Assembly (NCBI GenBank): GCA_050575255.1
Contig: JBNZDD010013706.1
Span: forward strand, 2,906,620 to 2,970,619
Source: Harriotta raleighana
Taxonomy: Eukaryota
DNA: 64,000 nt
Direction: 5' to 3'
Shown here: piece by piece, positions 51,520-63,059 of the stretch
Numbering within the stretch: the first letter of the stretch is position 1
Layout of the letters: every line of letters begins with the position of its first letter
Position numbers and translations under genes: made by a program
The notes under the pieces: generated by a model
The model's database searches: none
What the model saw: only the letters and a program-made list of their open reading frames with translations
Told to the model about the DNA's origin: nothing

Positions 51520-52750
51520 GAAGACTCTGGTTGACCAAAAAGACGGCCAGGGATTGAGGGACAGTGTTCTTGAGTTGTAGGAGCATAGTGGCTGAAAGCG
51601 CGACCTCTGATGGTGGGGCGGAGGGTATGAGGGACGAGCAGACGGGCCGGGTGGTAGATTGGGGAGTAAGGTGGTCAGACAGGTTGGGAGGTGCCAGGGA
51701 GTGAATGGAATTGAACACAAGTGCGAGGATCTTGAAGTTGATCAGCTCGGTGATGGGGGGCCAATGGAGCCTGTGGCCAGAACTGGTGAGATATGGGTAC
51801 AGAATTTGATCTGGGTCAGTATGCTTTTGAATGGTGGAGCTGGGGACATTGGCGGGGAGTACGTTGGGAGTAATCCAAGCAGGAGGTGTCAAACTCAAGC
51901 AAGAGGGTTTCAGTTGCATTTGGGATAAGGTACGGACGGAGTTTGGCAATGTGGTGGATTTGGATGAAGGTAGTTCAGATCAGGGATCAGATGAGGGGGA
52001 AGAAGAACAGCTGGTCACCTAGATTGCATACTGATTGCATTGAGTCTCAGCGAGAGCCCAGGGTGGTTCAGCTCCCCTCTCGACTCTCTACCTCCTCCTT
52101 GCTCCCACCCTCCCCCTCCCCCCTCGCCCCGAACATTTCCCCCTGCTCGGGTCTTAAATCATCTGTCCAGCGCCTTGGGACGTCCTCCTGACGTGAAACG
52201 CGCTCTATAAATGTAATTTTGTTGTTGTTGTTGTTGAGGAGTTTAGAACCACAGGAATGAGGGCATTGACGGGAACCAAGGAGTATGACTTCCGTCTTGT
52301 CCGTATTCAGCTGCAGGAAGTTTATCCCGGTTCTGATGTCTGCCAGCAAGCTGATAGAACATCGGCAGATCTGAAGTTGCTATTGGAGGAAACAAAACCA
52401 ATTTGTGTGTCATCCGCATACATGTGGAAGTTTACCCTGTTTCTGCGGACAACATTGCCCAGAAGGAACATTCCTTCTGGAATTAAGGAAAAGTAGAGGG
52501 CCAAGGATGGGCAGGTGACTGGGCAGCAGTGGGAGGAAAAAACATTTGCTGAGATGAAATGGAGGCAGTTGGTTAAATAGGACTTGAAACATGTGAGTGC
52601 AGTCCCACTGAGGTGGATGAGGGAGGAGAGGCAGTGAAGGAGGATGGAGTGGTCGACTGGTGTCGAACGTGCCAGAGAGATCCAGGAGGACGAGGAGGTA
52701 GAGGAAGCCCTGGTCACAGATAGAGAGAATTTTATTTGTGACTTTGACAA
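51520..52750 (-). mobile_element. L2-clade LINE ORF2 (RT) fragment, with a + strand L2 tail inserted at ~52050-52236
   Basis: FHMYADDTQI (RT catalytic YADD), FLQLNTDKTEVILLG and LHWPPITELINFKIL motifs. Confidence 0.88.
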
Positions 52751-52817
52751 GTGAATAAAAACAATACAGAATTCTACAAGCTAGCCACTTGATATCAAAT
52801 GCAAACCCAAGGAAGTA

Positions 52818-53071
52818 CAGATGGACCTCGCTTAACATTGTTTCGGTCAATGTTGTTTCGGATTATGTTTCTGATACACAGGGAACATATATTCATTTCA
52901 TGTTGTGATGTTCGCTATTATGTCGTTCGCGTGGGTGGAAACAAACTACTTTGGGTAGCGTGGGCGTATATAGACGCTGAACGTCCGTTATTCTTGCGTC
53001 TGTTCGCTTAACGTTGTTTTGCTTAAAGTCTTTTCGTGAATGCAGCTGCAACGTTAAGCAAGGACTAAGTG
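52818..53071. mobile_element. Older Tigger-like MITE, 254 bp
   Basis: Imperfect TIRs CAGATGGACCTCGCTTAACATTG and CAACGTTAAGCAAGGACTAAGTG, TA on both flanks, internal repeats of the cgcttaacgttgttt motif. Confidence 0.7.
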
Positions 53072-53661
53072 TATTCTGTGCTCCAAACCACTGCCCTGTA
53101 TGAAGGGCACTGTATAAATGCAAATTGTTGTTGTTATATTGAGCCAGATGTATATTACTGGATGCTATACCAATGTAATTTTGTTGTTGTTGTTGAAAAC
53201 TCTGGCAAACGCTTCCAGTTCCTTGACACAAGAGACCACTCATTCTCTCCTCGCTCAGAGTCCTGATCATGACATGTGTAATGGAAGTGATGAGATGGTA
53301 AATTAGATTATAGCCTCACTTGGGGCAATCTTTAATATCTGATCAGGTTTAAGCAAACATTCATTATCTGTGCTGAAATCAGGATATTGAGGCAGCAGCT
53401 GAGCTCAGTTGTTCACACAGAGGATGGCAATGAGACATGAAATTCAATCAGACTGCGCCACAGTGCTAATCCCTTCCTTGGGTGAATCAGATCATAAATG
53501 TACTGAAATTTAAGAAGTCAGGCCCTGCTGGTCCAGTGGGTAGAGCTACAGCTATGCTACAGCTGGTTGTTTGCAACCCCAGTCCGTTGAGTTTATATCA
53601 GCCCTTGCATCAGGGAGGGGGACACCAGCCAGATAGGGAAAAGTTGGTTGGGAGGGTAAGC

Positions 53662-54216
53662 TGTGGAAATTAACCCAGAATATACCACCATCTTACAAGA
53701 TCAATATTGGTGATGAAAATGGTTGGTTCACGTGATGGACAGTTGAGCTCGAACATGGCACTTCCACATGGCCTTGTACAATCTGTTTACGCAGGCCTTT
53801 CACCCAGAGCATCCCTTGTCTGTGAAGCTATGGAACGACTTGTTTTTGTGCATTCCACACATTGAGTCGTGGCCCCTGGTTGTCTGGTTCTGCTTACTGT
53901 CATCAAGGTTACAATGTGCACACTATTCTTTAACACCCATTTTTAGCAATTTAGCACTTTTGTACTCAATCCATATAAAACAAGTTAATTGGTTATAAAA
54001 TTATAACAATGTATTATGATTGGTTACACAATGCCGCAGAATTGTAATGGGATATAAGAAAAAGAAGAGAAACTGCTGTCTTTCTTTGTTCAGTGGAAGT
54101 GCAGTCTCGGGCAGCATTAGCCTGAGTGTGTACTCTCCCTCTCAGCTGTGAGTATAATAAACTTGTTCACATATATGCTACTTAACATTTGTGCCATATG
54201 AGTTTATTCCACAACA
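53662..54216 (+). mobile_element. Putative LTR of an endogenous retrovirus or LTR retroelement
   Basis: Starts TGTGGAA and ends TTCCACAACA (terminal inverted repeat). Contains two ATTGG boxes, TATAAG at 54053 and AATAAA at 54156-54161, and is followed by a PBS. The left boundary is uncertain. Confidence 0.7.
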
Positions 54217-54221
54217 GTTTT

Positions 54222-54239
54222 TGGAGGTCCCACCGAGAT
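54222..54239 (+). promoter_or_regulatory. Primer-binding site complementary to tRNA-Gln
   Basis: TGGAGGTCCCACCGAGAT, the 18-nt complement of the vertebrate tRNA-Gln 3' end (the PBS-Gln of endogenous MLV-type proviruses, from memory), with 5 nt between it and the LTR-terminal CA. Confidence 0.85.
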
Positions 54240-54441
54240 GACTAACTCCACCTGAATTCTGCCTACACGGGAGGGTGAGAAGATTGTGAGTTGATTTAGA
54301 GTTTTCTCTCAATTATTCCCAGTCTGTCTCCTGTGTAGTGTGTGAATGGGTGGATACGTCATCATTTAGCAAAAGTAGCTATATGGTGAACTCAAGGGTA
54401 TTATAACCTGGCCAAGGTGTAAGTACCCAATTGGTATAGTT

Positions 54442-54670
54442 CGAGATCAACCCTATACAAAAAATTTTTTAATAAAAAGAAAAAAAATCACAAAAAATAG
54501 TTGTATAATGGTTTGGGATCCGAACGGTGACAACAGAAAAACGGCCCAGGGAGTCGACTAACTACTTTGAGATCAACCCTACACAAGTAACAAAGAAAAA
54601 AATAGTTGTATGAGGGTTTGGGATCCGAATTAAAACTGCAGAGTGTTGACTCAGGGAGTCAATGATTGAT
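54442..54670 (+). repeat. Two diverged direct repeats (~125 and ~100 nt) in the retroelement leader
   Basis: gagatcaaccctaYacaa...aaaaaatagttgtat...ggtttgggatccgaa...cagggagtc occurs twice. Confidence 0.8.
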
Positions 54671-55689
54671 TCACAATAAATCTGAATCTTTTACACCAAT
54701 AAGGCATTGAGGATATCAAATCTATTTCTTTTAAATTGTGATCTGGTAGATATTCAGTTGCAAACGAATACCACTAAACACAGACAACTATCGATTTCAC
54801 GATTCTAAAATTCAGTAGCAGTCGGCAGGAAAGCAGGAGACAAACAACAGAGACTTGATCTAGAGACCCAGACCCGGCCACTCCGTGCTATGCTGTGCTT
54901 TTGTGCTCTGTGAGTTTATTCCACAACAAAGACAGCGCATATGAAGCCACAATCCAGAGAGAGAAGGCCAGACCGAACCAGACAGTGGGGAGAAATGTAG
55001 AATCCTTTTCTCACCCAAGACTCACCCAACAATTTGTTTGTGTGTGTGTGGGCATAATTATATACAAGAGCTCCAGAGAATGTTTACAAAAAGAAAATAC
55101 AAAAAGGTCCAACAGAGTGACAGCGCTCTTGGATATCTAAACCCCTGTCGAAGTGCTTGTTGAGTATATCTAGTTACTGAGATAAAACTTTCCTTCTTAG
55201 CCCCTTGATGTGATTTAAAGCTCCTTGAGGGAGTTTTTAACATTGGCTGCGCCATGTGTTTGAAGCGATAGGAATCAATGGGCTATGGTACTTCCACAGC
55301 AGCGAAAGGGAGCAGGGACTGCGCTGACAGGGATAAAGAGAGAGCTATATGACTCTCCATCCCTTTAATGTCTGGAGCTGTTGTGGCAAAATTATTTGTA
55401 CGAAAGAAAACATAACAAAGGGACGGGGCAATAAGGTCAGGAAATGTTTGGGGCTCCCGGGAGGTGGGAGAAAAATGGAAAGCAAGTCTGACTGGTTGGC
55501 CACTCAAATATTCCTGTTATAGGTCCTCAGTATCAAGACCCTCAGTGTTAAGAGCCGGGAGTAGTATGTGATGTAATAAGCATGAGAGCATCAATAACTA
55601 GGGAGTGATGGGACTGCTTGTATAAGGTTAACTTTACTGATAATTTTGAGGAAATTACCTCTGGAAATCTTTCCCCAAAGCCGTCGGCC

Positions 55690-56365
55690 TCGAACTCCAT
55701 CTACACTTTTACCTGAATGTTAAAGATCCCACAGCACTATCCAACAAAGGAAAAGGAGCTTCTCTTGAGGTCCTTGCCAAGAATCTTTCCGGATTAAATT
55801 GGTTATTCACTTCATGGCTATTTGTGGGGCATTGCTGTATTCAAATTGGCTACCTACAAAATACACAGCCACTATACTTTCCAGTACATCCAGTACTGTA
55901 AAGTACTTTATGAGACATTATTCAGAACTCTGCAGCTCGTGTCCTCTCCCGCACCAGGCTCCGTGACCCCATAACTCAAACCTTCACTTGGCTCCACTCG
56001 CTTCCCATCCATCAGAGGATAGAATTGAAAATCCTCATCCTCACTTTCAAGGCTCTTCACGGCTTTGCCCCCTCCTACAGCTCTCGCCTGCTGCCTCCCA
56101 TCAACTGGTCGGTCCACACCCTCCCCTCAGCAGGCCCCGGCGTCGCACACCCTACCATCAATCTCTCTGATCCCAAGCATTGGAACTCCACTCCACAATC
56201 TCTTCACTTTGCAGCCTCTCTTGCCTCCTTCAAAGCACGACACAAAACCCTCCTTTTTGATCCCTGTCCCCCACACTCCGGTCCTGATCTCTGACTGTTC
56301 AGCGCCTTGGGACGTAGTCCTGACCAGAAAGGCACTTTACAAATGTAGTTTTGTTGTTGTTGTTC
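55690..56365 (+). mobile_element. Deu-domain SINE remnant (~55690-55915) followed by an L2 3' fragment (~55920-56365)
   Basis: gttaaagatcccacagcactat Deu core, then KILILTFKALHGFAPSY and a ttttgttgttgttg tail. Confidence 0.75.
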
Positions 56366-56961
56366 TTGTTCCTGGAGTGATAAGGCACTGTATCAAATGT
56401 AAGAATGATTATGTTACACCTAGCCTGGAGTCTTCCCAACCCGCGAGAGTGAATGACAACTAATTATTTTGTGTTGGTCGGTGAGGAAAGTCGCACAATG
56501 TTCTTCCTACACGGGTTGTTACTTTGATTATGTCAATAAATTAAGAGCAGCGTCCTCTCAGTGAAATTGAGAAGATTCATCGTGGTTGATGAAGGTTGCT
56601 GTGAAATATGAGTTGAAGGACAGTTCTGGAGAATGTTGGCACAACGGGGAGATTGCTTGAATGCATTCAGAGGTTCAGTTCNAACCCGCGAGAGTGAATG
56701 ACAACTAATTATTTTGTGTTGGTCGGTGAGGAAAGTCGCACAATGTTCTTCCTACACGGGTTGTTACTTTGATTATGTCAATAAATTAACAGCAAGATGA
56801 CCCTCGTTTTCCTCTGAGCAGCGTCCTCTCAGTGAAATTGAGAAGATTCATCGTGGTTGATGAAGGTTGCTGTGAAATATGAGTTGAAGGACAGTTCTGG
56901 AGAATGTTGGCACAACGGGGAGATTGCTTGAATGCATTCAGAGGTTCAGTTCAGGGTTTTC

Positions 56962-57340
56962 ACGACAACAACAACTTGTATTTATATAGGGCCCTCACTC
57001 CAGGGCGCTCAGAGTGCTTCCCAATAACGGATCCCGAGGCCGAGCCAGGGGGAGGGGGAACAAGGTGACCGAAAGCGCGGTCAAAAAGACAGGTCTTTAA
57101 CCAAGACCAGAAAATAGGAAAGGAAGGGACCAGGCGAAGGGAGTGAGTTCCAGAGCCTCGGGGCATAGTGGCTGAAAGCACGGCTGCCGATGGTGGAGCA
57201 GAGGATTCAGGGGACAAGGAGGAGGCTAGACCCGGTGGAGTGAAGGCAACGGGTGCTGCTGTGAGGGGAGAGGAGGTCAGAGAGGTAGAGGGATGCAGAG
57301 GAGTGGAGGGATTTGAATACAAGCATGAGGATCTTGAAAT
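56962..57340 (-). mobile_element. L2-clade LINE 3' fragment (relatively young; close to 45167-45519)
   Basis: caacaacaacttgtatttatatagggccctc tail, with high similarity to the 45.2-45.5 kb copy. Confidence 0.85.
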
Positions 57341-59829
57341 CGGACAGGGACCCTGATGCTTCACTACACATTTTCCTCCCATCAGCCAGGTGTTGGACTC
57401 ACACAGAGACTCATCAAAGCAAATTGCACAATCTATACACATTTCTGTTTTTCTGGAATAGAAAGTGCACCCTGCTCACCTAAATCCAGCATATATCATT
57501 CGCTGGTTGGCAAGAGGCAAGTCTTCATGGACCCTATAGTGTGTGCCAGGGTAGCTGGTGGAGTTTAACCAGCCAAAACGGAATAGCTTGCCATTGAGAA
57601 CACTGTCTGGCAAGTTTATCACTCCATTCCTGGTTTACAGGGTTAGCAGGAGATGAGTGGGCACTAAAAGTTGCCTTACAGAAACAGTCACTTGACAGAA
57701 ACTAGTTGTGAAGTACAGTACTTTGGGTCATTTGAGTAAAGGCTTCTCAAGATTATTCATTGCACTATTGATAGCTTCACAAACACACCCTCTGGAGGTA
57801 TCATTTTGTACAGAAACTCCTCAACTACAAAGAAAGAAAGTTTTTAGGACTTCCGTTGTCTTGACTGGCAGAAGTAACTGCAAACAGTGGAAAATACGCC
57901 ACTTTGTAATTCCTTAAAAGGAAATGGTGTTTTTTTTCCCCAAAAGAAACACGCACAGGAAGTTTTAAACTAAACCTTTAAAAAGGATGCAGCTGAAAGG
58001 TTCAGGAGGGTATTCCTGGTATTTAATTAAGTCATATATCTTCCTGACTCCCCCAGAGCACACACATTAATCACAAATTTTGCCTGGACAGATTCATTTG
58101 CCAGATAATCAAATCATCTCTGTATATTTAAAAGAACATTTAATAAGGATCATTGGAAACCAAAGTACATTAAAAGATCTTAAGGTCCAACTGCTTGGCG
58201 TCTGTCCCACTTTGGGGCCAGTTTGCCTCACTGAGAGTAACATTGGCTACAAGATATATAGTCACTGCACTTTGCAGTAAATATTCTGAAAAGCGCTTCG
58301 AGATGTCCTCCTGAAGTTCTCCATGGGGGTTGAGAGGGGTGTCTAAAGAAGCTTCAAGGCCATGAAGAGGTTGGTCTGAACTGGGCCAGACTCAACAGAG
58401 GAAACCAGTCTATTACAAACAGCTGGAACCCCTTACTAAACCAGAAATCATTCCGTAATGTTGGCATGGGGGACAGGCATTTATTGAGGAGCTCTCAATC
58501 AACAGGTGCCAGCTGCCACCCTCTGTCCAAGTTGGTTAGAGTGAAACATCTGAACACCACTGAACATGGTGAATGGAGTTTCATTGCGCAGATTTCGAGG
58601 GAAAGTTGGAGTAGTCGGTTTAATTTTTTTCCATTTGCAATGAAGATAATTAACTTCACGAGCATCGGGCTATCTGGCTTGATCACAGTGTATTACAGTT
58701 GCAGGCTCACGCTAAGGCTACAACTATTTCCACAGAGAGTGCTGAATATGTGAAGGTGCAGGAGACAGATTGCTTCAGTAAATTCAAGAAGGAATTGGAT
58801 CACTCTCTGGTTTACAAATTGATTTATGGCCTTGGCAGATACTTTGAGTCTGGCCAGCTGGCCTGTGAGGGTCTTTACTGCTCTGTCCATTTGCTTGTTC
58901 CTCTCCGGAATCAATGTGACTTTTTGGGTGCAAAGTGTATTGTCACTGGAATCATTTGTGCCTCGCCCCCTTCCAATCGCCGCCCCCTTCCCAATCGATG
59001 CCCCCTCCCAGTTTCTCCCAGTCGCTCCCCTCTCCTAGTCTCTTCATTCTACTGATCTTCACTGACTGAAAAAACATCCATAGCAATCTCAAATACAGAT
59101 CACATACCACTTTCACAGATCCACTATAGTCAGCAAATGGTGATTGTCTTTCATAAACCTATCTAATCTGTACTACATCCCCTCAATCCGGCCCCATTCT
59201 CTAACAGGGATACTTAAGTGTCAGCCAGGTTCAGCTGGTAGCACTCTCACCCTCTGAGACAGAAGATTCAAGGCTCATGCACAGTCTCAGCTGACACTGT
59301 AATGCAGTGCTGGAGTAAGTGCTGCATTGTTGGAGGTTGGATGTTAAAGGCCTGTTAGCATTATTCACAATGAATAATAAAAGATTGTCCACCTACATCG
59401 ATGTAAGATCCGACACTGACGGAGGATTGAATGCAGCCTGGTGCCAATGGAGATTAAGATCTTCAGCCAAATCTGAGCTTCTGGATTGCAGTAACTTTAC
59501 TGTAAGAGCTTGTACCAAATCCAACCTCCAGACTTGTTTATCCTTCAGCAATGTCTTGTCTAGTCCTCAGTCTTCGGCTGGTTAGTAAACTATGAAATTG
59601 TATCTCAATCAAAACCACATGTATGTAAACACAGCTGTTTGCTGCATAAACTGGCGCAGTTGCTTGGGACGTGTTAACTGGTCAATGCTATACAAATAAA
59701 CTTGGGAGCGAGAAAGATAAACATTCATCAAGGTTTTCTCTGGCCTTATAAAATCATTAAGATATTACAAGGTGCTATATCAAATGCAAGGATTTAGTTC
59801 AAACCTCCAAGAGCTTCAGAGGAGTTTGG

Positions 59830-60132
59830 TCCTTTGGATGAGACATTAAACTGAGATCCTGTCTGCCTGTTGGGTGGATGTTAAAGATCCCATGGCCTTG
59901 TTTAAAAAGAGGAGGGAGTTTCTCCTGGCATCATGGCCATCAATCCCCCAAATAAAATTGGTCACTCACTGCATTGCTGTTTGTGGGATCCTGATGTGAG
60001 TCACTGGCTGTCACGTTTCAACCAAAAAATACAAGTCAATCCATTAGCACAAGATATACCCCAGGAAGCACTTTGATAACATCTTGATAACATAAAAAGT
60101 GCTTTATCAAATGCAAAGATTATTATATTATT
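59830..60132 (+). mobile_element. Deu-domain SINE body and tail (a head-like piece lies at ~59218-59350)
   Basis: gagacattaaactgagatcctgtctgcctgttgggtggatgttaaagatcccatggc...gagtttctcctggc, with an aaatgcaaagattatt tail. Confidence 0.75.
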
Positions 60133-62046
60133 AGCACTGCAAAGCTCTCCTTCACTGCGAACAGACTCAACTATGCTTGCTGGTCTACCCAATTTCTCCC
60201 TCCATTGTCCGCAGATAATCCAGACTTCTGCAGCCCATGTCCTCTCCCCCACCAGGCTCCGCAAATCTATCACCCTACATCCTCGCTCGACTCCATTGGT
60301 TTCCCATCACACAGAGGATTCAATCAATTTGCACACAGCAATGTGCCACAAACAGTGACAAAGTGACAATTTTTATGTGGGGAGAAGCTCCCTTCACTTT
60401 TCGAGTAGGGGCCTGGGATCTTTATTGTCCAACTGAACAAACAGCTGGGCCCTTGATTTAAACGAAGACCAGTACTGCTAACAATGCAGTGCACCCCCCC
60501 AGCACTGTACTGCAGTGTAAGCCTGGACCAGGGATTTCCAACCTATCAATCACAGCTTGGTGGTGCTGTCAAGTATAATCAAGAAGACAAGAGGAAGCAG
60601 CAATAGGTCTGCATCATTATTGAGTCCAATTGAAAGGGAAGCCAGATACACAAATTGTTTCATGCTTCGGGAAATAAAATATAAACAGCGAGAAATATCG
60701 ATTCTGCCTCTTGCTTTTATCGAGTTCCAGCTGCGTCCCCTTTGCAGCTACGCTTGCAACCAAGGCATCCAATATGGAATGTAGATTTCTGTGAAACTCA
60801 CAAACCATTTAACACGCCATAAGCACTGTGTGAACACCTTAAGCAAATCTGCCATGCATGTCTGATGAGCTTCTTTATGTCACAGCTCATCAACATTAGG
60901 AGATCTTCCCGCCAAACAAATATGCCCATGACACTCCACCATGCAAGACCTTTTCGACAAGGTACAAATTATGTTTCTACATCAATCGGGTATTGCATTC
61001 TTGGCGGACAGACACACAGACATTTATTAATATAGATAGATGTGCAAGACGTCACTCAGGGGCATTCAATGGGTTAGAGACTCTTGGCCTAACCTATGAG
61101 ATATTGTTGTATTATTATTTAATGTCAATCAGACCCGAGTACTCTACATGTGTGTTTATAACACGCTCACACTGTGGAGCTTGGGAATAGTGGAAATGCT
61201 AGTTCATCGATGATGTGATGAGGAGGAATATTACTGTTATAAATATAACTAATTGACAAATGCAGTGACAAAAGGGGACGAGGAAACAGTAGGTAAATAG
61301 AACTAATAATAATCCCTGCATTTGGCTTTGTGGCTTTCATAATAGGAGGATGTCTCACATTATTTACTGTGACAGGGAGTGACTGTATTTGCAAGCAGAT
61401 GTGGAAGCCAATTGTGCACAATTTTATCTGGGTAATTGTTGGCCAGGACTCTGGCAGAGACACTCTTTTTGAATAGTGTTGTAGGATCTTTAACATCCAA
61501 CTGTACAGGCAGGCAGGTTATAGGTTTTTTTGGGAGGGATTATTATTAGGCATGTGGAGTAAGGATACTTGCCCAAGGTTTTGCCCTGACCTGCATCGAT
61601 TCAAAACGCAGGCCTCACGTTTGTAAGGCGAATGCTCTCACCACTGAGAGGTACAGGACTCCACTACAGTGTCCCTCCTTCCTACCACCTCATGAATTTG
61701 GGCATATGAAATTAACACATCCGTGTGTCCGACATCAACGTGCGATCAGTAACCAGCATCACCTCAATTGATTGGCTTTTCCTGGAGATGCTGACTGTTA
61801 ATTACACTGAAAGGTACCACATCTCTCTGTTAGAACGCTCTGTTCTTTTACTCATAACACCTGGGGTTGCCATGGCATTTTTCCTGCTAAAGGATGACCA
61901 AGTAAATGAATCAATACAAGGATGCAGAGTTCTTATGTAAAACCCATTGCTTCTCGATCCCTATTATAACAGGGTTTCAATCCTGAAATGAGAACAATGG
62001 TTTCAATGTCTATTGTGCACCCCATCCAAAACAGCAAACATCTCAG

Positions 62047-62405
62047 GTGTCAGTCTGACTCAGTCGCTATCACTCTTGCCCCCGTGTTATAAGCTTATAA
62101 GGTTGTGGGTTCCAGACCTATGTACAGATTTTGAACTTGCATCCGCTGCATTGTTGGAATGTTGGACCTTCAGATGAAACATTAAACCAAGGACACTAAA
62201 GATCGCACAGCACTTCGGGAGTTTCTCTCTCCTGGTATCCTAGCCAACAACCCCCCAGATAAAAAGCTGGTCACTCACATCAACTCTGTCTGTGGATACA
62301 ATATTGTGTGTAAATACGCTGCTGTGTTTGCCGACAAAATTTACAGTCAGTGCACATTGCAGAAAATCCTGTGAAGCTCTCTTTGAGAAGACCTCCTAAC
62401 ATGAT
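62047..62405 (+). mobile_element. Decayed Deu-domain SINE
   Basis: gtgtcagtctgactcagtcgctatcactcttgcc head, ggttgtgggttc box B region and Deu core. Confidence 0.65.
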
Positions 62406-63059
62406 TATTGCCAGCCCCAGAACAGGGAATGAAGGGGAGACTTGCTGGGGTTTAGTGCTTGTTCCTATTGAGCACTTAGTAGTAAACACTGCGATAATAA
62501 TAATAGTTACACTTAATATAGTGCCTTTCATGTCAGGAAGACGTTTCAAAGCGCTTCACAGGATGTACTGTAAAGTACAGTGACTGCGTACCTTGCTGGC
62601 AAGCGCGGCAGCCAATTTACGCCCATGAAGTGAATGACCGATTTTATTTGTTCGATTGTTGGCAAGAGAATTTGACCACCAACACTAAATGTTTGTTGAG
62701 AAGAGGGATAACTCCCACAAAGGCACCAAATGTCATTAGTGACACGGAGACAACCACAGCCTCAATTATTCTCTTCACAGCTTCACTTAAAGCAAAAAAA
62801 AGGGAAAGAGTGCATGCATACTTTCGTTTGTCGTTTGCTGCGTGATGCAAAACCCACTATCACAGCTCATGTGGTCAAAGAGTTCGAACGGCTCCATCCG
62901 CTGACCTAGCCTGATGGAACAAGTAAGTCAGGGAAACCACATTTCGCCCACAAAATATACTTTAGAGAGTATCCATGAAGTGCTTTGAGATATCTCAACG
63001 ATGTGATACTAATAATAATAATCCTTGCATTTGGTATAGCACAATATCATGTCGGAAGG

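Noticed and set aside
54442-54670. CRISPR-like or satellite array
   Set aside because: There are only two diverged units, inside a retroelement leader in a vertebrate genome, with no repeat-spacer periodicity.
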